From the NCBI RefSeq assembly GCF_016432865.1, contig NC_067404.1:10664001-10728000 (forward strand): a stretch of 64,000 nucleotides of DNA, given 5' to 3'. The notes under the pieces were generated by a model. The model saw only the letters and a list, made by a program, of their open reading frames with translations, was not told the origin of the DNA and did no database searches. Each line of letters starts with the position of its first letter. The first letter of the stretch is position 1. The position numbers and the translations under genes are program-made. This DNA comes from Antechinus flavipes. Its lineage: Eukaryota. This document shows positions 47,707 through 60,673 of the stretch, piece by piece.

Positions 47707-48601
47707 CCTGTCAGATTGGCTAAGGTGACAGGAAAAAATAATGATGAATGTTGGCGGGGATGTGGGAAAACTGGAACACTGATGCATTGTTGGTGGAGTT
47801 GTGAACGAATCCAACCATTCTGGAGAGCAATCTGGAATTATGCCCCAAAAGTTATCAAATTGTGCATACCCTTTGATCCAGCAGTGTTTCTATTGGGCTT
47901 ATATCCCAAAGAAATACTAAAGAAGGGAAAGGGACCTGTATGTGCCAAAATGTTTGTGGCTGCCCTGTTTGTAGTGGCTAGAAACTGGAAAATGAATGGC
48001 TGCCCATCCATTGGAGAATGGCTGGGTAAATTGTGGTCTATGAATGTTATGGAATATTATTGTTCTGTAAGAAATGACCAGCAGGATGAATACAGAGGAC
48101 TGGCGAGACTTACATGAACTGATGCTAAGTGAAATGAGCAGAACCAGGAGATCATTATACACTTTGACAACGAAATTGTATGAGGATGTATTCTGATGGA
48201 AGTGGATTTCTTTGACAAAGAGACCTAACTGAGTTTCAATTGATCAATGATGGACAGAAGCAGCTACACCCAAAGAAAGAACACTGGGAAATGAATGTGA
48301 ATTATCTGCATTCTTGTTTTTCTTCCAGGGTTATTTTTACCTTCTGAATCCAATTCTCCCTGTGCAACCAGAGAACTGTTCGGTTCTGCACACATATATT
48401 GTATCTAGGATATACTGCAACATATCTAACATATATAGGACTGCATGCTATCTAGGGGAGGGGGTGGGGGGGGGAGGATTGGAACAGAAATGAGTACAAG
48501 GGATAATGTTGTAAAAAAATTACCCTGGCATGGATTCTGTCAATATAAAGTTATTATAAAATAAAATAAAATAAAATATTAAAAAAAAAAGAAAGAAAGA
48601 T
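47707..48601 (+). mobile_element. Young 5'-truncated L1 (ORF2 C-terminal Cys-rich domain, 3' UTR, polyA), 16-bp TSD
   Basis: Translation CWRGCGKTGTLMHCWW...PFDPAV.LLGLYPKE. TSD aaatctgtattttcca at 47691-47706 and 48602-48617. Confidence 0.95.
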
Positions 48602-49333
48602 AAATCTGTATTTTCCAGGTAAGTTGTTTTTCCAGTGAGAAATTTCACATTTTCTTCTATTTTTTTTCATTCTTTTGATTTGATTTTATTGTTTCTTGAT
48701 GTCTCGTGAAGTCATTAGCTTCCATTTGCCCAATTCTAATATTAAGGAATTAATTTCTTCATTAAGTTTTTGTACTTCTTTTTCCATTTGGCCAATTCTA
48801 CTTTTTAAGAACTTAATCTCTTCAGTGAATTTTTTGGTATCTTTTTTCCTTTTGGCCAATACTGTTTTCCATGGCATTTTTTTCTTCACTGGATTTTTGT
48901 GCCTCTATTATCAGTTAGTCTATTCTGGTTTTTAAGGTGTTATTTTCATTGATATCTTTTGGTCTCTTCTTTACTAAACTGTTGACTCATTTTTCATTAT
49001 TTCCTTGTATAACTTTCGTTTTGATTTTTCTTCTTCCTCTCTTACTTGATTTTCAAAATCCTTTTTGAATTCTTTCATAGCCTGAGATCAGCTCTTTCAA
49101 TTTTTTCTTTCAGGCTTTGGATAGAGCAGTTTTGACTTTGTTGTCTTCTTCTAGGTTTATGTTTTGATGTTCCCTGTCACCATACTAACTTTCTTTAATC
49201 ATAATTATTTTCTGTTGTCTGTTCATTTTTCCATTCTATTTCTTGACTTTTAACCCTATGCTAAAGTAGGGCTCTGCTTCTAGATTAGAGGGGGCACTAT
49301 CCCAGGCTTCAGGTTTTTTGTGCAGCTATTTTC

Positions 49334-50069
49334 TTTTTTCTTTCTTTTTCTTTTCTTTTTTTTATTATATCTTTTTATTTACAAGACATATGCACGGGTA
49401 ATTTTTTCAGCATTGACCTTTGCAAAACCTTCTGTTCCAACTTTTCCCCTCCTTCCTCCCCCCACCCCCCCGCCCCTAGATGGCACAATACATGTTAAAT
49501 ACGTTAAAGTACGTGTTAAATGTAATACATGTATACATGTTTATATAGTTATCTTGCTGCACAAGAGAAATAGGATTTATAAAGAAGGTAAAAATAACCT
49601 GAGAAGGAAAACAAAAATGCAAGCAAACAACAAGAAGAGTGAAAATGCTATGTTGTGGTCCACACTCATTTCCCATAGTTCTTTCACTGGGTATAGCTGG
49701 TTTTCTTCATTATTGAACAATTGGAACTGATTTAGTTCATCTCATTGTTGAAGAGAATCACTTCCATCAGAATTGATCCTCATATAGTCTTGTTGTTGAA
49801 GTATATAATGATCTCCTGGTTCTGCTTATTTCACTCAGCATCAGTTCCTGTAAGTCTCTCCAGGCTGCTCTGAAATCATCCTGCTGGTCGTTTCTTAACA
49901 TTCATATACCACAATTTATTCAGCCATTCTCCAACTGATGGGCATCCACTCAGTTTCCAGTTTCTTGCCACTACAAAAAGGGCTACCACAAACATTTTTT
50001 GCACATGCGGGTCCCTTTTTGAGCCTAGTTCCAAATTGTTCTCCAGAATGGTTGGATGCATTCACAATC
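49334..50069 (-). mobile_element. L1 3' end, first of three stacked insertions (with internal deletions)
   Basis: Lies between TSD copies 49318-49333 and 50070-50085; 3' UTR type 'tttacaagacatatgcacgggtaat'. Confidence 0.9.
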
Positions 50070-50085
50070 TTGTGTAGCTATTTTC

Positions 50086-50315
50086 TTTCTTTCCTTTTTT
50101 AAAATTATAGCTTTTTATTGACAGAACATATGCGTGGGTAATTTTTACAACATTGTCCCTTGCACTCAGTTTTGTTCCTTCCCTCCGTCCACTCCTTCCC
50201 CTAGATGGCAGGCAGTCTCATACATGTTAAACATGTTAAAGTATATCCTAGATACAATATATGGGTGCAGATCCATACAGTTCTCTTGTTGCACAAGAAT
50301 TGGATTCAGAAGGTA
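50086..50315 (-). mobile_element. L1 3' end, second stacked insertion
   Basis: Lies between TSD copies 50070-50085 and 50316-50331; 3' UTR type 'ttattgacagaacatatgcgtgggtaat'. Confidence 0.9.
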
Positions 50316-50331
50316 TTATGCAGCTGTTTTC

Positions 50332-50700
50332 TTTTTTTTATTATTATAGCTTTTTATTTAGATGTTATATACATCGGTAATTTTCCAACATTGACAATTG
50401 CAAGATCTTTTGTTCCAATTTTTCCCCTCATTTCCCTCCCCTCCTCTCCCAGATGGCAGGTTGACCAATACATGTTAAATATATGTTAAAGTATATGTTA
50501 AATACAATATACGTATACATGTCCATACAGTTATTTTGCTGCACAAGAAGAATTGGACTTTGTAATAATGTACAATTAACCTGTGATGGAAATCAAAAAC
50601 ACAGGCGGACAAAAATAGAAGGATTGGGAATTCTATGTAGTGGTTCATACTAATTTCCCAGAGTTCTTTCGCTGGGTGTAGCTGGTTCTATTCATTACTG
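50332..50700 (-). mobile_element. L1 3' end, third stacked insertion
   Basis: Lies between TSD copies 50316-50331 and 50701-50716; 3' UTR type 'cattgacaattgcaagatcttttg'. Confidence 0.9.
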
Positions 50701-53700
50701 TTGTGCAGCTATTTTCAAAGATGATTATGTGGACCTTTAAATTCTTGGTTCTTCCAAGGTGGTATGATCTAAGTAGAGGTGTTTCTTGTACTCTCCTGGC
50801 CTATGCTATGGTCTGTGAGTGATCACAAGCACTCTTTTCTGCCCTGGAACTGTGACCAGGGTCCCAGCTCCCATAAAGTCACTACCCCTGGTGTAGGAGT
50901 GCTCCTTCTCTCCCTGAAACTGAGACCAGGACTGGGAATCGGATCCAAGTATAGGCAATGCAATAGAGTCCTGCCTCTGGTGCCAACAAGGGGAATCTTA
51001 TAATTTCCTTCTGATAAGTTGTCTGACCCCCTTACTGTCTGTGAACTGAGAGGTCTGAAAACTACCATTGCTGCCACTGATTCAGTGGCTCCTAAGATCT
51101 GCTTCTGGTTTGCTGGCCTGATTTTACCGGTGCTGAACTGTGCTGTACTCTAATCCCAATGCAACAGACCTTTCCTACTGAACTTGTAAATTGTCTTGGG
51201 TTGGAAATTTGTTTTACCCCATTCTTTTCTGGGTTCTGCCCCTTTGAGAATTTTTTTGGAGACATTTAAAGCTGCTTGAAGGGGTTTTAGGAAGAGCTCA
51301 GGCAAATCTCTCCCTTTTCTCTACTATCTTAATTGTTTTAATTTCATCTTCATTGATGATAAATTCACCTTTTTAATTTTTGACACTGGTAATTTTTTTT
51401 CTTTTTAAAAATTAAATTAATCAGTGGTTTATTTTTTTTTCCCATAAAACAAGCTCCTACTTATATGTATTAGATCAGTGGTTTTCTTATTTTTAATTTT
51501 ATCAATTTCTCCTTTGATTTTTTTTTTCAGGATCTCCAATTTGTTGTTTAATTGGGGATTTTTTAATATGTTTAGTTTTTTTTTTTTTTAGTTGCCTGCC
51601 CAATTCATTGCTTTACTCTTTCTCTAGTTTATAATGTAAGCATTTAGAACTATAAATTCTTCCTTAAGTACTGCTTTGACTAGATCCCATAAATTTCGGT
51701 ATGTTGTCTTGTTGTCATTCTCTTTAATGAAATTATTGATTTTTTTCTCTCATGATTTGTCCTTTGACCCACTGAAATGAGGGTAACATTTCTTATACTA
51801 TCTGCATCCCTGTGTACTGTTAGCCTTCATACACTGTTGCAGGGTGAACTTGTCTTCAAAGGACGATGATCAGGATCTCCAAATGTATCAACAAGATCCC
51901 TGAGAAGACATGAGTTATTTGGCATGGATGACAAGAGGAAAATGGCATATATTGGAGGGAATATATCAAGACAGGCACATTGGTGTGGTATTGTTTCATC
52001 AGGAAAGAAGTAGTCTAAGTGATCTGGAAAACAATTTGAAATTATGCTGGAAAAAACCCACCATGATACCCTTTGACCCAGCAATCTTTCCACTAGGCTT
52101 TAGAGGAGGAGAAAAAAAGAGTGAAAGGTCACTATGTACCCCAAAATATTCATAGCACATTTTATATTAGGGGAAAAAAGGGAAACAAATTGGGTGGCTC
52201 ATTCAGGTGACTAGCATAGCTGGAAGGTACCCTACTTTTAGCCTCCCTGAGTTAATAGGTAAGGAATCGGACTCGGGAAAGAGAAATGATTTGTTCAAAG
52301 TCAGTCAACAAGTATTGATTTAAACATACTATGCTAAATCCTGGATATACAAAGAAAGACAAAAATCATGATTTCTGCCCTCAAAGACTTCCTATTCCAA
52401 TGAGAGAGACAACATGCCAAAAAATTGTATATACGAGGTACATATCCAGTACAAATAATAAGTGACCTGTGAAGGACGGCAGTAGGAGTTGGGATAGAAG
52501 GAAAGCAGACTGAAAAGAAAGAGAGCCTTCAGAAGACAGCCAAGAATTGGAGGTGAGGAGGGAGAGTATTCCAGGTATGGGGTATAATGAGTGTTTGTTG
52601 AGGAAGGTAGGATGTCATGTATGAGAAACGGCAAGAAGGCTGTAGCTAGAAGGCATGGTGGAGGGTCAAGTATAAGAAAATGGGATGGGGAGAAAGGGAC
52701 CTGGCCATAAAGAGCTTTAAGTGCCTAGCAGAGAGTTCATATTAAATTTGGATGTAATAGGGTGTATAATAAGGTGCCACTGGAGTTTTCTTGAGTAGGA
52801 GTGGGGCATGATCTAGGCAACATTTTTTAATACCTGCTAGGTGCCAGGCACTGTGGGAACCTCCAGGCATTCTCAATTTAATATGCAAGACAGCATGCAA
52901 ATAACTGTAGATAGATAGATAGATGACTATATGTAGATAGATGCAGGTGTATATATGGGGAGAGTGTATACATGTATATGTGATAATAGGGAGATTATTT
53001 CAGAGGATGAGGCAGGAAATAGGATTGGCTGGCCTCTGGGGTCCCTTTCCCCTCTTGTTCCTAACTTTCTTCATAACATCCATCAAGTCAATGTTATAGG
53101 CTTCTGGTGCCTGTTCAAAAGGAGTAATCATCCTTTTCTCCCTCGGGCCTCAGTGTCTCCTGGAAAGTCAGGTGGGCTAGTGACTGGGGCAGCTCTTGAA
53201 GAAGCTGTGAGATTTGTATGTGCTCTTGAAGGTGGGGAGGCAGCAGCTATTGTGTTCTAGTTTTTTTTGTTTGTTTTGTGTGTGTGAGAGAGAATCATGC
53301 CAGAGAAAGGAAAATTGTACAGGGATGAGGCCTACTTTTCTCAACTGGTGGTCAAGCTTATGGGTTTTTATCCACTATCAAGAATTGGCAAGTTTTCTTT
53401 CCTTTTATCTCTCTCTCTCATTCTCCCTGTCTCTCCCTTTGCTTTATTGCCAAGGAGGCAAGCCAGTCTTGGGAAGAAAGGGATTATTTACCTCTTCTTT
53501 CCACGGTACAGACAGGGAAACTGAGGTTCACTAAGGCCAGATGACTTCTCAGAACAGCAAAAGCAGTTTTCCCTCAATGGACCTCAGTTTCCTTACTCGT
53601 CAAATGGAACATTTGGAGTAGATGATTTCTGAGGTTCCTCTGATTCCAATAGTCTGTGCATTTAAGTCCCTCACAGCTTTGCTGTTTTGACCTGTTTGAA

Positions 53701-53779
53701 GGGGAAGAGGTTCCAAACAGTAGCCAGTAATGATGCTCTGATCAAGTGACCTATTTGTAATGAGAGGGAATCTTTGCCT

Positions 53780-56040
53780 TCTTTGTAGGCAGCAAGGAAG
53801 AACTCGGTAGACATCAAGAGAAGGAATGATCAAGGAAGTAATTTGCTGGAGAAAATTGGAGAGGATAGAATCAAGATTCTGTACAGAGGGGTTGTTCTTG
53901 GCAAAGATATAGGCTACCAATGCAGCTTTTGTTTGTCTTTCATTCTCAAAGAAGACCATGACATCAGGGAAGTGTTGCCACAACACGCAAGTGAATTGGA
54001 TTGAAGGGAGGGAGGGCTGTGCGATGTCACCTGCCTCATTTTTAGCCCCAGAGGCGTCTGGGTCCAGTGAGATGAATGTAGATCAGGATGGCTGGAGATG
54101 GCCCTGGATGTAGTGGGAGACCTTGGCCTTTCAAATAACATCGACAAGCTACCGCTGCACTTGAAACTAGAGTGAAAGAGACAGCAGGGAAAGAGATCTC
54201 ATGAAGGAATAAGGAAAGAAGGAACTCTTAGCAAATGGCCTGAATTTTTTTCACTGTAATATGAGGCAAGGTCCTCACCTGAGGTGATGTGGAAAGGGGG
54301 TGCCACGGGAGGCTTGAGAAAAGATGAACAGACGATATCATTAGTGTGACAGCAAATCGTAAAAGGGTTGCTTGGACCCGAGGGCCCAGTTGTGATTATG
54401 TAACAGAATAGAGTTGAACTGATTCACCAGAATATAAAGGTAGGGAAGAGAGGAGTGTGTAGGCAGTACAGGGGTGATGGCCTGGAAAAGAACCGAAGAA
54501 GAGAGATTTAAAGTCAGTGAAAACAAAGAACAGGGCTGGCGATTTGGGGGCAGAAGGAACAATTATGTTCAGATAAAGGGATGTCTAAGTTTATGACCAT
54601 GGGATATATGGGTGGTGACAAGAGCAAAGGTTATGACTTTCTCTGTGTAAAGGGGTAGAACAATATATTATGGGAGTCGAGTAGACCAAAGAACTGGAAA
54701 CTTAGGGTAAGTGGAGGAGTATGTATGTACATATTGAAGTCCCTAGTATGGAAGTAAAAGTTGGGGTAGAGAAAGACAGAGCACAATTCATTGAGGAAGG
54801 AAGGAGAATGAGTTGGAGGTCAATAGATAATGACTATTGGGATCTAGTTTGTCGTTCAGTGGTTTTATCGGTTGTGTGTGGGTCAGAAACCATTTAATAA
54901 AAAAGCTGGAGAGATCTCTGGAAGCAAAGATGAATTTTATTATACATTCTCCTGAGAATCGGGCAGACAATGGAAGGGAAGAAGCACCACCGTAGGGGGC
55001 AGGGTCGACACTTTTAATCCCTAACGCAGATTCCCCCTCACACCACTGATCCTCATCCTTATTGGCTGAGGATCTTACATTCTAAACGCGGGAACTACCC
55101 AGGAAGTTGAACTTGACCAATAAGAACATAGTTGCCCATATTTGGTTGAAATAGGGAGGATAGCAAGAAGGGGACTTAAGTATGCTCTTAGGGTGATAAC
55201 AGGGAGGAGATTTTAAATATGACCATAGGAGACTAGCAGGGAGGAGACACTTTAAGTATGCCCTTGACTTAATGCTTAAAGTCCTTCAGGCCTACTCAAA
55301 CTTTGAAATAGATGAAGCCTTACTCGATTTTCACCACTGTCTTGAAAGATCTCATCTTATCTTGTTCAGTTGTGTCCAGCTCCATGACTCCGTTTGGGGT
55401 TTTCTTGGCAGAGATACTGGAGTGGTTTGCCATTTCCTTCTCTAGATCATTTTACAGTTAAGGAAACTGAGGCACATAGGGTGAAGTGACTTGCCCAGAA
55501 TTACATAGCTAGTGTTTTTGATTAGAACTGAAAAGTTATTTTCTTGACTTCAGACGCAGTGCTCTATCTACTGTAACGCCACCTAGCTGCCCCTTGGGAT
55601 CTAGATTGCCTGATAAATTTCATTTTAGTAAACCTCATAGGAGAAGTCTTCAGATGGTAGTGGTGAAGGAAGATGCTGGAAATGGTATTGGAGAACAAGG
55701 GGTATTGCCAACTCTCACTTCAAGCCGTGGGGAGGTGGCGGACATCGCTGTAAGTGAAAGGCTAGTACAGAATTGTGTGTCATCAGGAGAGAGCCAGAGG
55801 TCAAACGGGGAGGAAGTGAGAGAGGAAAAGGTTTAAGATGGAGGCAAATAGGGAAGAATGCCTGTAGTGAAGAGAGTGGATCTGGAGTGGGATTTGGGGG
55901 GCAATAGGCTTAAGAAGGATGGAAGCGAAGGAGGTGGCAATAAGAAATGGGCTTTGTGCCACAACGGCCAGGGGTTCTGAATCACTGGGATTCGGGAGAG
56001 CATGAGGAATCATTGAAGAATAAATGAGTCCAGGCAGAGT
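53780..56040 (-). mobile_element. Long L2 relic interrupted by a solo LTR and a MAR1-like SINE
   Basis: Purine-rich reverse L2 internal sequence on both sides of 54875-55590. Confidence 0.5.
54875..55361 (-). mobile_element. Solo LTR (second family)
   Basis: Minus strand has a CCAAT box (cagccaataagg), TATA-like gattaaaag, AATAAA and a CA terminus; internal direct repeats 'agggaggaga...ttaa.tatg'. Confidence 0.7.
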
Positions 56041-56770
56041 AGCAATGGCCAGAGTATAGTCTAGGAATCCTGAGACTCTTCTAGAGGAAGGAGGTCCTCA
56101 AGGTCAAAATGATTTTTATAATACTCTTAAGAAGTCTTCATTTCTAATATGTAAATATTGATTAGCATAACACATAAAGCAAAAGAACTTTGGGAGGCTC
56201 AGTTTTGAAGCATATAAAGCCCTCAGTCTTGAGATCCAAAAATTTGAGTTGCTTATCTTATCCAACTCCATCATTTGAGAGAGAAAGGAACTAAGGTGGA
56301 GAGTAATTCTTTCCCTTTGTCCCACCCTCTCCCCTATATTCCAGCCCCTGACCTGGAATAGACCAGGTCAGCACTGAAGCAAACAAGGGATCCTCACCCC
56401 TGTCCCTGTAGCTTATCATCTCAAAATCCCCCAGAAGCGGGTGGGTCTTGTCCAGGAGCACATGTTAAGTGGCCGGGCCTTGATCCTTAGACCCTAAATC
56501 CAATATCTCCATGTCCCTCTTAAAGCTATGTAATCCCCTAAAGCAAAGTTTTTTAAACCCCATGTAACTGAATACGGGGGTCATGAAAAATTTGGCACCA
56601 ATAAAAGGTTTCTGAACACTGACCAGAAATTAATTCAGAACCACACATGATGAATCTGAGGCGGTGCTGGCAGCACGCGCGTGTTGCATTGCGTACTTCA
56701 CGGCTGCCTTAGTTCTAAATACAACATGGGACTTTACATCGTGCGGGCACAAATGCTGCTAGGAACATCT
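56040..56770. mobile_element. Two hAT/Charlie-like DNA transposon remnants (about 56040-56275 and 56535-56770)
   Basis: 'ggtcctcaaggtcaaaatgatttttataatact...gagatccaaaaatttgag' and 'ttttttaaaccccatgtaactgaatacgggggtcatg' resemble hAT MITE consensus-type text. Confidence 0.5.
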
Positions 56771-59700
56771 GAGTTCAAGTTCTAGATGGGGTCAAGTAAA
56801 CATTTCTCTGGCAAAAAAAAAAAAGGGTCGAGAGTAGAAAAAGATCAAGAGGCCTTGTCCTTAAACAGTAGCTATACCCAAGTTCTAGGCTAGGGGCCAT
56901 AGGTGCCGCAGGGAGGCTGGGCCACGCCAATTGTCCTTTAGCCTTCACTGGCTCTCCAGGTGCACCTGCCCTGGACTGGAGGATGCCACACAATGTTGGC
57001 AACGGGGAGGGCTTATTCTCGGTCTGGGGAGTAAACGGACCGGTGACAATCAATCAGCCTGTATTAGACCAAAGTCTCTTGTGCTCACTCCTCCTCCCGG
57101 GAGTAACGTATTTGTCCCAACGGTTCCAGTCGTTGCTCCTGTGAGTGGTTTGGGCATCTGGAGCCAGAAGGAACTTTCATCCCTCTGGACCCGCTTCGTT
57201 ATTTGCCACATGTGGCCAGTGGAATGACGGGGCCTGTGAGAGATTCCAGAAACAAGAGCAAGGAGAACCCAGATGCCAGCAAGTAGCGTTTTCAGGTACC
57301 CTTTCTGCTTATCTACATCCTGTAAGTCTGTGATTAAGAGGCCAGTGACCAGAGGTTCAGCTTAAACCAAGGTTTCTCTCCATCGGTCTGGTCTGGGGCA
57401 ATGTGGCCCAGTAGCTGTGCAATTCAAGGGGTCTGCCATCTACACAGGGATATCCAGGCTGGGTTAGCAGATTTCACATGAAGCTGCTATTTGTGTTTCT
57501 GGAGTTTAATTCACTGGTAGGTTTTGAAGTTTCCGTCCCTGAAATGTGACCGGAAGGAACCAGGAGAAGAGTAATTATTAGGCCTATGTCATTGTCCCTT
57601 GCTTTGCAAGCTAGATTGTTTTAGCCAAGTTGGCAGTGAAGAGTTCCTCTGGAAATACATTTGTGTTATTGACTCAAATGGAAGAATCAACTAGAGCATT
57701 TGTTGAAAAAAAGGGGCCCTATCCAGTCTCCACGATACCTAGGAAGTCAAATCTGCTTCCTTGTGGTAAGGGACTCTTGTTTCTTTTGCTTATTGAACAT
57801 TTTGGTGATAGTCATTGGAGGCCATGGCTTTTACTTCCTATGGACCCCTGGGTGTCTCACCGGTTCTTCTTCCTTCATTTCCACTCTTCTCTACAGTGGT
57901 CTCCAACTTGGAGGACATTCAAAGGTAACTTTCTCTCCTTCCTCTTTGAATTACATTGTTTGGCTGACGGGTAGATGAATGGACATTATTTCCCTTTCCC
58001 ATCCTTTTGAGTTTAAAGTCCTTTGGACTAGATGGGCGGGTGAATGGATGATGGAGTGATCGGCGTTCCCCCTTTCTAACCCACCTTTTCATTGGACTGG
58101 AAGTTCGTAAGGTCCGAGTTTGAATCGCACCTTTGACGTTTGTTGCCTGGGTAACCCTGAGCAAGTGAAAGTCATTTCACTCTGTGAGGCTTACTTTCTT
58201 CTAAGAGAAATCAAGAGAAAGACAAAGAGAGACAAAAGCAGAAACAGAGACGATGAGAGACACAGAAAAAGAATCAAGGACAGAGCCAGAAAAAGAGACA
58301 GGGAGACAGAGACACAGGCAGAGAGAAAGAGAGACAGAGACAGAAACAAAGAGAGATAAGACAGACAGCGAAATTCATGTTGGTAGGTTATGAAAGGTTG
58401 CTGTCAAGCTGGAAGAAATCCTCTAGAGAGAGGCGGGATATGTGCCTCAGTTTTCCTCCTCGGTAAAATAAGGAGGTTTAATGGGAATGTCTTTCTGTGG
58501 CACATGTTTAATCAGATTTTAGACACATTGAATCCTAGGCTTGATTTCCAGGCTGGGGTTCCTGTGCCACCCTTCTGCCTTACTCGTAGGACAATAGCTA
58601 GCATTCACGTAGTGCTTAAAGGTTTGCCGAGTACTTTACAAACATCCTCTCATTTTATCCTCCTAGTGACCACGAGCAGTAGAGGTTGTTGTCCATTTTA
58701 CAGATGGGAAGTCTGAGTCTTGAAGAAGCAAAGTAATTTGCCTGGGGCCACACAGCTACTAACCATCTGAAGCAGGATTTGAACCCAGGGCTCCCTGAAA
58801 GTCCAGTGGAGTATCCCCTAAACCACCTACGTGCCCCTAGGTAGACACAGGTCTGATACACAGGGGCTAGCCTCGGGATTCTGGGCCACGGAGCACTAGG
58901 CTCTCTGGTCTCCGGGTAGCGACTCCGGCCTTCTTACCACCTCGGCTTCTTTGTCCTCTGCACATTATTAAACTGTAGCAGCCCCCCAAGCTGCGCAAAG
59001 CCTCACATGACCTGGCAGACTCTGTGCCTGAAAGAAATTAGGTCACGCCTTAAAGAAACCATTACCTAATTCTGTTGGGTGGCTCCTCATCTCCCTAGGA
59101 TTGCAGGCCACTTCCGGCTGAATTTCAACCTTCCCTTCCTCTCTCACCCCCCCCCCCCCCTTCCCCTCCCATCTTTAAGGTTCTAGAGTACTTCCCCATC
59201 CTTAGGATCATAGAAGGAGTCGTTTATATTTACATCTAGAAGGAAATTTAGAACAGAAAGACTAAAAAGGATTTTAAACATAGAACGTATCTTGGTGCCA
59301 GAAGGGCCTCAAAACATAAAACAGCAGGTCAGAGTCGGAAGTGTCCTTAGAAATCCTTTCGTCCAACATTCACGTATAGGAAGAGAGCCCAGGGAAAGTG
59401 GGTTGTTTGGGATTTCACTGGTAATTACAGCTCCCCTGGGACTCAATATCTTATATGTTCCCCTCAGCATTCCTGGTATGTAAGTTGGAGCAGGATTTTT
59501 CTCCCCATTTTGTAGATGGGGAAAAGTAAGGCCTGAGAAGGAAAGTGATTTTTCTTAAGCTCCCCAAATCATCAAATCTCAGCATTAGAAAGGACAGAAG
59601 AGGCTAAACAGGCCAACCCCTGCCTGACTCAAAATCTCCACGAGGAGAAGTCATCTTCCAGCCCTCGCTTGAAGACCTCCAGGGGAGGGGGAACCTACCA

Positions 59701-60481
59701 CCTCCCAAGTCAGCCACATCACCCTTGCCTCTCTGCAGTCTTTCTTCCCTCTTGCAGTTCTACTGTTGGGAGCCAGGAAGAGCAATTCTAGTCCTGTTCC
59801 CACACAGTGGCCTATCAATAGCTGAAGAAAGCTTTCTTGAGCCCCCTGAGTCTTTCATTCTCTAGATTCTGGGGATCATAGATTCCTCACAATAAGAGAC
59901 TCAGAATTTGGCCCAATTCCCCTTCTTTTTATGGATGTGTAAGCTGAGGCCTTGGGGAGGCCCTATGACTGGCCCTATGACGGCTCAATTCATCCTGGAA
60001 AAGGGAACAGTTAGCATTTATCCAGATACTCTTGTGTGATAAGTCCACCTGAGATGTAGTCATCACTGGAGATACACAGAAAGGTAAAAGGGACAGTCCC
60101 TGCCTTCTGGAAGCTCACAGTCTAATGGGGGGAAAAGGAGAGGGGGAGATGGCAAATAACTCTGAATAACCATTATAGGCAGGATAATTGGAAATCATCA
60201 AGAGAGGGGCCGCACCCGAATTAAGACGCTTGGGAAAGGCTTCCTATAGAAGGTGCTTCTCCAAGGAAGCCAGGGGCAAAGGCAAGGAAGGAGAGAATTC
60301 CAGCCTTGGGGAACAGAATTCCTCTAGTGGCTTTATGGGTGTTTCATTTGAGGCCTAGCAAGAGGCTCATGCATGGGTGGGGAGGTGGGAGCTACAAGAA
60401 AAGTGGAAAGAAAGGAAACAGGTTGGTGAGGATTAAGAAGAGCTTTGAATATTAAATAATTTGTTATTTGCTCCTGTAGCC

Positions 60482-60673
60482 CAGGGCTTCTTTTTCCACT
60501 TATGACCCTTTTCTCCTGAGAAGTTTATATGCCCATATACCTGACCCTGGGTATAGAGGCATATGAAATAGGTTTACAAATCAAACATTTACTGATAAGA
60601 AATCAGAAGTTCCCAACCCCCACATTCTGTTATGAGACCCCCATATGGAGACACGATCCAGTTTAAGAAGCTG
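60482..60673. mobile_element. hAT-like MITE
   Basis: Imperfect terminal inverted repeats cagggcttctt / aagaagctg and internal 'caaatcaaacatttactgataa'. Confidence 0.65.

Larger units (their letters stand above)
48602..51325 (-). mobile_element. Old L1 5' UTR + ORF1 N-terminal part, interrupted by three younger L1 3' ends
   Basis: Reverse ORF1 coiled-coil text (KKDTKKFTEEIKFLKSRIGQMEKEVQKL) at 48686-48889; 5' UTR-like sequence 50717-51325 ending 'gagctcaggcaaatctctccctttt'. Confidence 0.75.

Noticed and set aside
47716-48117. 133-aa ORF and similar ORFs at 18213, 21766, 49876, 61006 and 62136
   Set aside because: All are L1 ORF2 C-terminal remnants, not host genes.
53297-53390. Faint resemblance of MP...YF...L...YP to the RPLP0 N-terminus
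   Set aside because: Only scattered identities with no downstream continuation, so not supportable as a pseudogene.
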